In this document: positions 10,702 to 20,178 of the stretch, in pieces
How the letters are laid out: every line of letters starts with the position of its first letter
Numbering within the stretch: position 1 is the stretch's first letter
Source of the DNA: Acidobacteriota bacterium
Lineage (GTDB): Bacteria; Acidobacteriota; Blastocatellia; Chloracidobacteriales; Chloracidobacteriaceae
Assembly (NCBI GenBank): GCA_035335845.1
Contig: DAOQNB010000001.1
Coordinates: 509-64,508, forward strand
Length of the DNA stretch: 64,000 bases
Reading direction: 5' to 3'
The notes under the pieces: model-generated
The model's database searches: none
Seen by the model: the letters and a program-made list of their open reading frames with translations, nothing else
Told to the model about the DNA's origin: nothing
Position numbers and translations under genes: made by a program

Positions 10702-10752
10702 CACACAAAAGAAGGGAGCGTGATCATTGATCACGCTCCCTTCTTTTGTGTG
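10702..10752. terminator. long perfect palindrome, probable bidirectional terminator between convergent genes
   Basis: CACACAAAAGAAGGGAGCGTGATCA-t-TGATCACGCTCCCTTCTTTTGTGTG forms arms of about 25 nt. It lies between the stop at 10680 (+) and the stop at 10771 (-). Confidence 0.65.
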
Positions 10753-10770
10753 AATTCCAACACCGGTAAC

Positions 10771-12459
10771 TTAGCGGGAACTGGTCAACTGGCTGGCTGA
10801 TTCAACTGTAAAATTGGTTTTCGGGGTCAGGGTTTGTCGCCCGACCCGGTCAGTAATTGAGACGGTAACTTCATAATCACCAGGTTCAAGGCTGGTTAAA
10901 GGGATTGAGCGTCCTAAAATGATTTGCTGGCCGCTCCCAGAAAGATCAGAAATTCCATTTTTTCCATCTTCTTTGAGCCGCAGGACTTCCTGTCCATTTT
11001 TGGTGATGACATATTCAACATCGACCGCTGGCTGGAGCGTGGTCTGGTCAATTTGCACATTATAAACCTGCAAATAGACCCCCAGGCTTTGATTGGTTTT
11101 GAAAACTTGTGACACATTGGGGCGAACCTTGTTGGATCCAACAATAAAAGGTCCGGCTGCTACCCGACCCCGTAATGGTTCGAGCAGATCCGCAATGATC
11201 AAAGAACTGGTGATCATTTTTTCCTGACTGTATTGGGGAACTTCAAAGCCGTGATGAACCACGCCAGTGTGCCCGCTGGTGATGTCGCGGACGACCATAT
11301 CAATCTTGTATCGTCCAGGGGGCAGGACCACTGATTTTTGGTATACGGAGCTTTGTTGAATGCCTGAATCAAATTGTGATTCAGGGAAGGCAATCGTGGC
11401 TGGATCTTCAAAAATACCGGCTCGTTTGCCTGACAGGGCCGTCACACGGGCAAAAATATTCACGGTTGCCTGCTGAATACCACCTACGTTCTTGAAACTC
11501 AGGTCACTATTTTTGACCTGGGTGGTGAACACCATGACCCCTTGTGCCTCACCAGCTCGAATATAGTCTGTTCGGAGGCTTAAGGGGAGCACATCAAATT
11601 CAGTTAACTGATCAACTTTTTCAAGTTTATCAGCCAGTGCCCGGTATTTGACCTGGGGCGCCCTTTGAAGGTTGGCATACAGGGATAACCGTTCGAATGG
11701 CTGGTCCTGTGCCCGGCGGACATATTGAGAACTGTTACTGTTCCCAGGACTAAAGTAAGGCCGGTCACGTTTGGAGGTAATCCCAAGCTGTTCGTACAAG
11801 GTTAACCCGCCGTTCGGGGTAAACAACAAGGCGTCCTTTTCATCCGGGCTTTGCGCAATCCGGTACTCTCCGCTTCCACTGGGATCTACAAACTCAATTT
11901 CAATGCCGGACCCAATCCCATCAATAAAGCGGTAGAACCAGATTTCAAATGGGAATGTGGAGGTCTGCCCCCCGCCCTGATAATACGGGCGTTCATAGGG
12001 CCCCCCTGCCGGGTGGGATTCAATACTGTCGGGCGGTCCAAATGTAATGTAGATCCGACCCCGGTCTGTTTTCCATCCTGGTATCCCGGATGAAAACCGC
12101 TCATTCGCATAGGCAATTCGGCGATAATACTCTTCCAGGTATTCATTTTCGGTGGTATCTGGATCTGGATCCCGCCGCAGCCAGAATTGCTCAATGAACT
12201 CCTCGCGTTCTTCATCGGTAAGGAGCTTCTTGAAGGCATCGCGTTCTTCCTTGGTGATGATGTACCGGACATCTTCATCAAGCCATTTTTGATAGACTTT
12301 CTCAACTTCAACTTTCCGTTTCTGCTTCTTCTTTTCACCTTCTTGTCTGGCCAGTAACGGGTTGGTTGAGGCCAGACACAAGAACATCAAAACAAAACAA
12401 CTGATGCGATACGCAAATCTGCGTGATGTTGAAAAAGGATGTGGGTGGTTCATAGTCAT
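10771..12459 (-). CDS. GWxTD domain-containing secreted protein
   Basis: 562-aa ORF with a signal peptide, FWLRRDPDPDT and GWKTDRGRIYITFGPPD motifs, and a C-terminal beta-rich region. Confidence 0.85.
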   Translation of the reverse strand: MTMNHPHPFSTSRRFAYRISCFVLMFLCLASTNPLLARQEGEKKKQKRKVEVEKVYQKWLDEDVRYIITKEERDAFKKLLTDEEREEFIEQFWLRRDPDPDTTENEYLEEYYRRIAYANERFSSGIPGWKTDRGRIYITFGPPDSIESHPAGGPYERPYYQGGGQTSTFPFEIWFYRFIDGIGSGIEIEFVDPSGSGEYRIAQSPDEKDALLFTPNGGLTLYEQLGITSKRDRPYFSPGNSNSSQYVRRAQDQPFERLSLYANLQRAPQVKYRALADKLEKVDQLTEFDVLPLSLRTDYIRAGEAQGVMVFTTQVKNSDLSFKNVGGIQQATVNIFARVTALSGKRAGIFEDPATIAFPESQFDSGIQQSSVYQKSVVLPPGRYKIDMVVRDITSGHTGVVHHGFEVPQYSQEKMITSSLIIADLLEPLRGRVAAGPFIVGSNKVRPNVSQVFKTNQSLGVYLQVYNVQIDQTTLQPAVDVEYVITKNGQEVLRLKEDGKNGISDLSGSGQQIILGRSIPLTSLEPGDYEVTVSITDRVGRQTLTPKTNFTVESASQLTSSR

Positions 12460-12587
12460 AGGTAGAATTCCTTGCAGAAATCGGGCTGTTGGGAAGGCAA
12501 CAACCCTGAGGCCCGTCTATTTGAGCAATTCACCGGAGCATTCGGTGGGTATTGTAATTATGCACGAAGAAGGTTCAACCCACAGGA

Positions 12588-13841
12588 TTACTCTTGAGCG
12601 GTGGCGACGGCTGTTACAGGCATTGAGTCAGTCAATCCAGCACGCCGACGAAGAACAAAGGTGACAAGAATAAATAACAAACCTGCCAGGCCATTGGCAA
12701 TAATGGTCAGAAAAAGGGCACTCCGCAAGCCGCCAGTGGTACTTAGCCGATCTGAAAGATATCCAATGATCGCTGGTGCCGGTGTATCACCCAGGATGTG
12801 AATGCCGAACATATAGAGAGCAATGGCTGTTCCGCGAAGGCTGGCGGGTACAATCTCACCTACAATGGCGGCCACTGGGCCATGATACCAGCCCATAAAA
12901 TAAGAGATAAAGAAGGTTGCAATTACAAACTCAGTTGAATTGGTGGTATTGATCCCCCAAATCATAAAGGGAACGGTGATCAGGAATGCAAATGCCAGGA
13001 CCAGGGCACGACCGCCAGGATTCTTCGTATGCAGCCAGTCAGCAATGACGCCTCCGGAAACAACCCCCAGCAATCCAGCGCTGATCCCAACGGCTCCCAG
13101 GGTAATGGCCCCTTTTCCAACATCAAATCCATGGTACCGGGAAAGAAATGTTGGAAGCCAGTGAACCAGAGCCCCAGCCGAAAAGGTAACGCAGGCCGCC
13201 GCTAAAATGACAACCCACAATGAAGGGATTGAGAGCACCGTCGAAAAATGGTGCTTTTCCTTATACTCTTGACCACGGGCAGGCTCTTTGACGAGCCAGT
13301 TTACGACAGTCAATGCCAGTCCGGGTAAGCCAACCACGAAAAAACAGGCTTGCCAGCCAAGGTATTTGCCGAGAATTCCTCCAACCACCAGCCCACAGGC
13401 GCCACCAACAAAAAGGCCAGCATTAAAAATGCCGATAACTTTTCCCCATTCAGCTTTTGGGAACAGGTCATTTAACATTGAGGTTGCCGCTGGAGCATAA
13501 GCGGCTTCGCCAATTCCAATGGCGGCCCGGGCACCCATGAGTTGCCAGAAGGAATTTGCCAGTCCAGAGAAGACAGTCGCCACGCTCCAGAAGCCCAGGC
13601 CCATGGATACGATCTTCCGGCGTTCCCAGCGATCAGCCAGAACTCCGAGTGGAATCGCCATCAATGAGTGGACGATCATAAACCCAGTACCAAGCAGTCC
13701 AAGTTGACTATCTGAAAGGTGCAGGTCTTGCTGAATTAAGGGGAGTAAGGGGGCAACAACCTGGCGGTCTACATAGTTGACAAATTGGGTCAGAGTCAAA
13801 ATGAGAAGGACATACCAGGCATAGCGGCGACTGTGAGTCAT
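12588..13841 (-). CDS. MFS transporter (Spinster-like)
   Basis: 417 aa with about 12 hydrophobic helices. The MFS loop motif is GVLADRWERRKI and the N-terminus reads NYVDRQVVAPLLPLIQ. Confidence 0.85.
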   Translation of the reverse strand: MTHSRRYAWYVLLILTLTQFVNYVDRQVVAPLLPLIQQDLHLSDSQLGLLGTGFMIVHSLMAIPLGVLADRWERRKIVSMGLGFWSVATVFSGLANSFWQLMGARAAIGIGEAAYAPAATSMLNDLFPKAEWGKVIGIFNAGLFVGGACGLVVGGILGKYLGWQACFFVVGLPGLALTVVNWLVKEPARGQEYKEKHHFSTVLSIPSLWVVILAAACVTFSAGALVHWLPTFLSRYHGFDVGKGAITLGAVGISAGLLGVVSGGVIADWLHTKNPGGRALVLAFAFLITVPFMIWGINTTNSTEFVIATFFISYFMGWYHGPVAAIVGEIVPASLRGTAIALYMFGIHILGDTPAPAIIGYLSDRLSTTGGLRSALFLTIIANGLAGLLFILVTFVLRRRAGLTDSMPVTAVATAQE

Positions 13842-14108
13842 AGTTCAATATATTACAGAGGCTGGGATAGATTGTTCTTGCAGGGCCAGGGAGGGCAGTC
13901 ACCGAATTCCCAAAAAGTGAAGGGATGACAGGAAGCCGTCAGTACCAGGTGAAATCTCGGATGCAAGGTCAATGTTGTCGCATTGTAGGTTGATCATTCA
14001 GGCTGGTGCAAGGTTGCTTGGTACCTCAGGAAGGTAAATGCGGATTGAGAAACGACAGATTCAGTATCCGTTGTGTCCTGAAGTTGAAACTTTGATGCAG
14101 ATCGGAAA

Positions 14109-15458
14109 TCATAAAAAGAGGTGGGCCCGGGAAAGGATGGCGTCGGCTACCAGGCAACATTGTCGCATTTGGTGTACGTCGTGCACTCGGACCAGATGGA
14201 CTCCCTGCTGGATAGCCAGGGTCACGCTGGCGGCAGAACCCCAGCCTCGCTCAGATGGAGTCTGCTGATTCAGGATTGTCCCCAGAAATGATTTTTGAGA
14301 CGTACCGACCAGAAGCGGAAAGCCGAGTTCAGCAAAATAATTGAGATGAGCATGAAGGAGCAAGTTGTCATTCCCTGATTTTCCAAATCCAATTCCGGGA
14401 TCAAGAACAATTGACTGAGCTGAAATTCCTGCCTGACGGGCCTGTGCAATACTGGATGTCAGGCCTGTGCGCACGTTCTCCAGGATATTTGCCACGGGAG
14501 GGAGGGTATGGAGTTGGCCTGGCGTTCCCCGGCTATGCATCAGAACGACCCCGGCCCTGGTTTTTGAGATGATATTACATATAGCTGGGTCGTAATTAAG
14601 TCCTGTAATGTCGTTGATAATGTCTGCCCCCGCTGTCAGCACTTTTTCAGCTACGGACGCTTTATAGGTATCAACTGAAATCGGAATCTTGAGTTTTGGT
14701 CGCAAGCCCTCAAGAACGGGGAGGATCCGGCGTAACTCTTCTTCTGCTCCAATTGGATCGGCACCTGGGCGGGTAGACTCGGCGCCTAAATCAATTATGT
14801 CAGCTCCGTCCTGGGTAAGCTGTAATGCATGTTCGATGGCGCGAGACGGTTCGTAATATTTCCCTCCGTCAGAAAAAGAGTCAGGTGTAATGTTTACGAT
14901 CCCCATGAGAAGAGTCCGGTGACCAAGCTGAAGTGTGTGATTGGGGAGGTGCCACTGGAAAGGGCGGCGGTAGGGGGTAAGACGGGTCTGAACATGGCGG
15001 AGTGCCACTTGATTTCCATGCCAGATCAAATACGTGAGAGCTTCCTCAAATGGTACCCAGATGGCTGATTCATGCTCACTGGGGTCAATGTGGATTGGCG
15101 CAGACGAGGAGGCCAAAAACCCAAATGCAAATTCATCATTATGGGTTGTGCCAGCCGGGTAATTCACAAGCCATTCTTCCTGGAGCGGGTAACTATGTTC
15201 ATATCCTGCATCAAATAAAATTCCATCCTGTGGGGTAAGGCCGGTTTCTTCAAACAGTTCCCGACGGGCAGTTTCCGTAATGGTTTCTCCTGGTTCAACG
15301 CGCCCAGTGATGGGCTGCCAGAAATGCCCCCGGGATTGAATCCGTCGGAGCAGAAGAACTTCAAAATTTGGGATGGATTGATCGGGGGCCGTCTGACGGA
15401 CGACAAATATTTGAACGGATTGAGGGACCCGAAGGGCTTTGAGCTGATTGGTTGGCAT
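14109..15458 (-). CDS. folP: NUDIX hydrolase - dihydropteroate synthase fusion
   Basis: The N-terminal NUDIX box is GHFWQPITGRVEPGETITETARRELFEETG. The C-terminal DHPS region carries GIVNITPDSFSDGG, DIIDLGAESTRPG and GFGK. The ATG at 15458 (MPTNQ) is preferred because the track start at 15581 would overlap the upstream gene by 47 nt. Confidence 0.85.
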   Translation of the reverse strand: MPTNQLKALRVPQSVQIFVVRQTAPDQSIPNFEVLLLRRIQSRGHFWQPITGRVEPGETITETARRELFEETGLTPQDGILFDAGYEHSYPLQEEWLVNYPAGTTHNDEFAFGFLASSSAPIHIDPSEHESAIWVPFEEALTYLIWHGNQVALRHVQTRLTPYRRPFQWHLPNHTLQLGHRTLLMGIVNITPDSFSDGGKYYEPSRAIEHALQLTQDGADIIDLGAESTRPGADPIGAEEELRRILPVLEGLRPKLKIPISVDTYKASVAEKVLTAGADIINDITGLNYDPAICNIISKTRAGVVLMHSRGTPGQLHTLPPVANILENVRTGLTSSIAQARQAGISAQSIVLDPGIGFGKSGNDNLLLHAHLNYFAELGFPLLVGTSQKSFLGTILNQQTPSERGWGSAASVTLAIQQGVHLVRVHDVHQMRQCCLVADAILSRAHLFL

Positions 15459-15534
15459 TGAAGAAGTTGCTTCGAAGGAAGGATAGACAGGGTCGTTTCT
15501 GGTAAGCGTGAGGTAGACGGTTGCAATCCGGGGG

Positions 15535-17328
15535 TTAGCGGGTCTTGGCGATCTGAAAATTGGGGTTGGCCAGTTCTTCAATTAAAGTATACAGAGCCGG
15601 ATCAAGTTTCCGGAGTTCGTCACGGGTATGACGGCCAGTGATTCCTAACCCAGGGCGCTTGGAGATGGACACATAGGCTTCATACCCCTGGGCAAAGTAT
15701 TCCCACTCATTGGCTGCTGCATAGTAATCAAGGGTACGACCTTCTCGAACTGCTTTGGCATACAGTGCCTGGATGCGTTCCAGAAGGGGTTTATCAAACA
15801 CACTGCTATGAACCTGATGGGCAAATTCATGGGCAATGGTATTAAACCCACCCTGTTCGACCACATTCAGGTATTCAATTCCAGAAACTGTGACCAGTCC
15901 CCCAACCCCGCGAATACTGCTGTAATATCGGCCATCAAACGTGGTCCGATCTTCAAGCATTTCATACCCCGCGATTTCAGGAAGCTGGCGATCAAGTGGG
16001 AGCAGATAGTGTTTGGCCCCGCGTCGCTTTAATTCAGGAAGCAAATGGGCAAACGGGGCGACCGAAAGGTTGATAATTCGCTGCTGGTCAGCGGCAAGGC
16101 CAAAATAATTGACAAAAACCTCGCCAATATCAGTGGGGGCCGTTTGTTCAGGCGGAGCTGGAAGATCTGGCAGGTTGATTCCAACAGCTTTGCGGGCACG
16201 TTCGTGAAGTTCAGCGTGTGCAAGGCTTAACTGGAGTTGAGCTAAAGCATTTTCTGGATCAATTGTGGTTGCCTGTTCGGCTGCTACGGTCGCGAGTTCA
16301 AGGTTTCCGTCTGAAAGTGCACAGGCTCCAAGCCCAAGGTAGGCCTGAAGAAAAGCCGGTGAAAGCTGGGTTGCTTGCTCATAAGCCTCAATTGCTCGTT
16401 CTATTTCCTTACGCCGGGCAAAGTCAGAGGCCTTCTCGAAATATTTTTGGGCTTCGGGTAAGACCGCCGGCATAGCTTTTCGACTACGGATGTATTGTGA
16501 AAAAAGCCTTCGAATCCGGGCGTTATATGGATTAAGGTCAAGTACTTCTTGAGCTAACTTGCGAACTGCCTCTGGGTTGCGTTCAATCACCCGGACTGAG
16601 CACAGCACAGATTTTGCTTCGAGGTTAAAGGGATCCAGGTCAAGTGCGCGTTGGGCGGCTGAAGATGCCTGAGGGTAACGGTTTTGTTCAAGAAAAACCT
16701 TGGCTAACGTTGAGTAAACCGATGAATCATTTGGTCTTTTGGTCGAAAGTCTGGTGAGGATATTCTCACTTTGAGCATAATCACGATTGAGGAGTGCCAC
16801 GGTGGCTTTCCCCAGCCATGCCCGTGAGTCCTGTGGTGAGATCTGAAGTATTTTCTCAAAGAATTGCCCGGCAGTGACTGGATCTTCAATTGTTAGATAG
16901 AGTATGCCGTACGAATTGAGTAATGACAGGTAGGTTTCATCAACAGCTTTTGAGGCAACTGATTCAGGTTCCAGGCGTGCCTGGGCCAGGAAGGCGGCCT
17001 GGTGCAGAAATTCAAGTGATTGCTGGTAATCGAGTTTGATTCGGGCGATTTCGGCCAGCCCTAACAGGGCTGAGATATTATTTTTATCTGCAACCCGGGC
17101 TGTCTCAAACGCTCGTTCAGCTTCGTTTAAATGCCATTTTTGCCGCAGTGTCGCTGCCCGCCGGGTATATTCAGCCGCGATTTCGCTTGGGTGGGCTGAT
17201 TGTGCCTGAAGTGGAAGTGAATCAATGGTGCCGATAAAGCCAGTCAGCAAGAGAACATACACAAGGCCACGAAGGTGGTTGATGCCAGGAAAAGAGAAGA
17301 TGGGAAGTTGAGGTAAGCGCTCTTTCAT
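15535..17328 (-). CDS. TPR-repeat protein with a C-terminal HExxH metallopeptidase-like domain
   Basis: Multiple TPR units, a signal-like N-terminus from the ATG at 17328 (MKERLPQLPIFSF...LLLTGFIG) and a C-terminal FNTIAHEFAHQVH motif. The track start at 17490 is an upstream extension. Confidence 0.7.
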   Translation of the reverse strand: MKERLPQLPIFSFPGINHLRGLVYVLLLTGFIGTIDSLPLQAQSAHPSEIAAEYTRRAATLRQKWHLNEAERAFETARVADKNNISALLGLAEIARIKLDYQQSLEFLHQAAFLAQARLEPESVASKAVDETYLSLLNSYGILYLTIEDPVTAGQFFEKILQISPQDSRAWLGKATVALLNRDYAQSENILTRLSTKRPNDSSVYSTLAKVFLEQNRYPQASSAAQRALDLDPFNLEAKSVLCSVRVIERNPEAVRKLAQEVLDLNPYNARIRRLFSQYIRSRKAMPAVLPEAQKYFEKASDFARRKEIERAIEAYEQATQLSPAFLQAYLGLGACALSDGNLELATVAAEQATTIDPENALAQLQLSLAHAELHERARKAVGINLPDLPAPPEQTAPTDIGEVFVNYFGLAADQQRIINLSVAPFAHLLPELKRRGAKHYLLPLDRQLPEIAGYEMLEDRTTFDGRYYSSIRGVGGLVTVSGIEYLNVVEQGGFNTIAHEFAHQVHSSVFDKPLLERIQALYAKAVREGRTLDYYAAANEWEYFAQGYEAYVSISKRPGLGITGRHTRDELRKLDPALYTLIEELANPNFQIAKTR

Positions 17329-17718
17329 GACGATATAGATCGTGGACTCCTGTAGGTAAGCTAGGCCGAAAGAAGAAATTTGAAGGGATGTCGCCTGGAT
17401 CAAGAACCAGTTGATGGAGAGGTATTGCGGTGTCCAGTTGCCGTACTGGAGTGGTTGAGTCCTGAGGACAGCATCACCTTCACAAGACAAATTGTTTGGA
17501 TTGAATGGGCTGAAACATCAGAAACACAAGGAATTGAATTAGGAAGGTGTTTCTGTTTGGTAGAGATTTTGGATTTCTCCGACCACTAAAATAATACTGA
17601 ATGTGAAATCAATCAATCAATTTTTTGAATGACTATTCAGGATTTCGGAAATTTTAGCTTTCCTGGGGGGCAGAGGGAGGTTTTTGCTGAAAAGAGAGCA
17701 CCAGATCCCGGTTTTTTT

Positions 17719-18705
17719 TCATCGAAAGAAGAGCCAGGTGGCCAAAATCACGGCATGGCAGGCCCACAACCCCAGAGCAAATTTCCATTGATGGCGAATG
17801 ATCCCATAGGGGTTTTTCATTTCATAAAGGTAGGCCGGGAGCAGATTGAAGTTCGCCGCCATTGGGGAAAGCAGGGTGCCACAGCTCCCAGCCGTCAAAC
17901 CCAAAATGGCGACAAACGCCGGGTCAAGTGAATACGGCAGGATCACCAGAGGGATTCCAATACCGACTGTTACCACGGCAAATGCTGCAAAAGAATTTCC
18001 CATAATGGCTGTAAAAACGGTCATGGTTGCAAGGTAGACAAGTCCTGCCAGGAATGGACGATTGGGCGGAATGAAGTAGGCGAAGTAGCTGGCCAGAAGT
18101 GTGCCTACCCCGGCGCCAGTGAAAACTGTCCCCAGAGCTGCCAGTAGCTGGGGCAAAATATTGAGCGTCCCGATTTCTTCCGTGAGTGTCGCCCCAGCTT
18201 CGGCCAGTTCTCTAATCCGGCGAGACGTCATCCAGCAAGCCAGAGCCATAGCTACCACACCACTCACGCCGAGTCCGATTAAGGCGCCGGTCGAACTATC
18301 CATTCCTAACCACCGGTAACTAAGGGCAACTGCAAAGGTTATCCCTGGAATTGCCAGCACCGGCCACAAAATGGCGCCGGGCGTTCTGGAGCACAGGCCA
18401 GGCAGGGAAGCCTGGCTTGATTGAGCCTTTATTGGATCTGGTTGAGGTGTGTTGGGAGGAATTTCAGTGCGGATGATCGCTGGTCGGATGACACCTGTGG
18501 CATCCAGAAAAACCAAAAGCCCGACCGCTAGTCCGACCAGTGGGTATCCACTATATGGAATTTTCTCTGGAAGAAGAAATACGGCCCCCAGTACTGCCCA
18601 GTAGAGTGCATTCGCGCTCCGGTGGTGATGTTTTTGAGTCGTAATGGTAATTACTGAAGTTGAGATAAGGATAATTGCGATAATTATGTAGGTTAGGTGA
18701 AGCAT
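17719..18705 (-). CDS. DUF979-family integral membrane protein (putative transporter subunit)
   Basis: 328-aa polytopic membrane protein immediately downstream of a DUF969-like gene. The N-terminal pattern (TM - basic patch - LYWAVLGAVFLL) fits my recollection of DUF979 proteins. Confidence 0.55.
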   Translation of the reverse strand: MLHLTYIIIAIILISTSVITITTQKHHHRSANALYWAVLGAVFLLPEKIPYSGYPLVGLAVGLLVFLDATGVIRPAIIRTEIPPNTPQPDPIKAQSSQASLPGLCSRTPGAILWPVLAIPGITFAVALSYRWLGMDSSTGALIGLGVSGVVAMALACWMTSRRIRELAEAGATLTEEIGTLNILPQLLAALGTVFTGAGVGTLLASYFAYFIPPNRPFLAGLVYLATMTVFTAIMGNSFAAFAVVTVGIGIPLVILPYSLDPAFVAILGLTAGSCGTLLSPMAANFNLLPAYLYEMKNPYGIIRHQWKFALGLWACHAVILATWLFFR

Positions 18706-18753
18706 AGTTGTTACGTAATTACTTTTAGGTGGTGAGTAGTCGCTGTATTGTAA

Positions 18754-19425
18754 TTACCTATTGCTGTGTTTGAGGTGTAAAAACTGGATTACAGAGAGTA
18801 AGAGCGAGCATACGACGATTGGAATGGCATCAATGGCAATGGCGATGGGGGTTGTTTCCAGGCCGGCATCTTTTAAAACTTTGTACACCAGGAGACATCC
18901 AGCCGATGCTGGGAATAGATTCTGACCAAAGAAATTGCCATAATTCTCGCTGGCCCCAAGATTTCCTTTGATTTGCTCTGATTGCTCTTCAACGTATTCG
19001 GCTGGTGGTACTATACCGAACGCCATTGGAAGAATGAGTGGCCGACCAAATACGGCGTGACCACTGACCCGTAATCCAGATGCGCCAATCAAAACTCGAA
19101 TAAACTGGTATATCCACAGAAGTGATCCAACGGTTGTGAGCCGGAGTTTTTGAATCAACTTTGACGCTGCCTGATGCAATCCATACCGTTCGGCGAGTCC
19201 AATTGCCGGCAATGTAATCAGGTAGAGTGAAATGAGTCTGCCATCCAGAAATGCCTTGCCGAGGGTATCAAAAATGCCTGGGGTCGTTTCGGTTCCAATG
19301 AGCGGCATTCCAGCGAGCAGCCCGGTTGCAATTCCGGCAACGAGAATGACTGGGCCAGTTTTTAATCTAAAAATGAGTCCGATAATAATAATTAAAATGC
19401 CAAGTAACTTGAGTTCTGGTATCAC
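18754..19425 (-). CDS. DUF969-family integral membrane protein (putative transporter subunit)
   Basis: ELKLLGILIIIIGLIFRLKTGPVILVAGIATGLLAGM matches the DUF969 N-terminal pattern. The GTG at 19425 is preceded by AAGGAG (complement of 19434-19439). The track start at 19482 is TTG. Confidence 0.55.
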   Translation of the reverse strand: MIPELKLLGILIIIIGLIFRLKTGPVILVAGIATGLLAGMPLIGTETTPGIFDTLGKAFLDGRLISLYLITLPAIGLAERYGLHQAASKLIQKLRLTTVGSLLWIYQFIRVLIGASGLRVSGHAVFGRPLILPMAFGIVPPAEYVEEQSEQIKGNLGASENYGNFFGQNLFPASAGCLLVYKVLKDAGLETTPIAIAIDAIPIVVCSLLLSVIQFLHLKHSNR

Positions 19426-19983
19426 AACAGTACTCCTTTGGATGATGAGCTGACGCTTTCTTCCTGTGCCAGGGGCTGACAAAGGTCACCGAGTATGCGG
19501 TAAGTTGAGTGATTTGGGCAATCCCAGATTAAAGACAAAATACCTGGGCTAGATGAGAATAGCAGAAGGTTCAGTTGGCGCATTGATGTACCTGGTATGA
19601 GGCAATCCTTGTTTATGATCTCGGAGAGTCGCCGCGCCAGAATTGAAAGCTCTGGTTGTTGAGTTTTAACTCAGTCAACCAAAAGAATGACTTCATCTCT
19701 CTGGTACCCCCAGGTCAGTCTTCCAAACAAAGTTCTTCATCAGAAGCGATCCGGTCAAAGGAAGTGAACTACCTGATTGCAGGAACTGAATAGTGTACAA
19801 TGTTCCGGCATACAAATATGTGAGATATTGAAACTCGAAGTAATCCAACTCTACGTTTGCAGGTCGAGATCTGAGGCTGTGATCTGACCGCACCCGCAAA
19901 CTGGGTGCTCCTTATATAGAAAGAGCACTTTTCTGGAGTGTTGATTTCCAAGCCAGCAGAATCTTTTTCTGAGGTGATTGAAT

Positions 19984-20124
19984 ATGTCCTGGATTCCTGA
20001 TGATGTGAAGGAAAGTCTCTTTAATGGAATTTGTTCTCTAGCGTCAAACCTTGGTACTCGTTTTTGGGGTGAGGAGAATCGGATTCGATTTGAACAATGG
20101 CGCACTGACCGGGCTTCTCAATAG
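19984..20124 (+). pseudogene. 46-codon N-terminal segment in frame with the NACHT ORF, ending at an in-frame TAG
   Basis: My translation is MSWIPDDVKESLFNGICSLASNLGTRFWGEENRIRFEQWRTDRASQ*. The ATG at 19984 follows GAGGTGA (about 19969-19975). The same frame continues after the TAG (20122-20124) into the 20179 ORF. Confidence 0.5.
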
Positions 20125-20178
20125 GAACTGAACGAAGCGCTTGAACGGGCAGCCAGGAGACTGGTTGAACGCTTTGAT

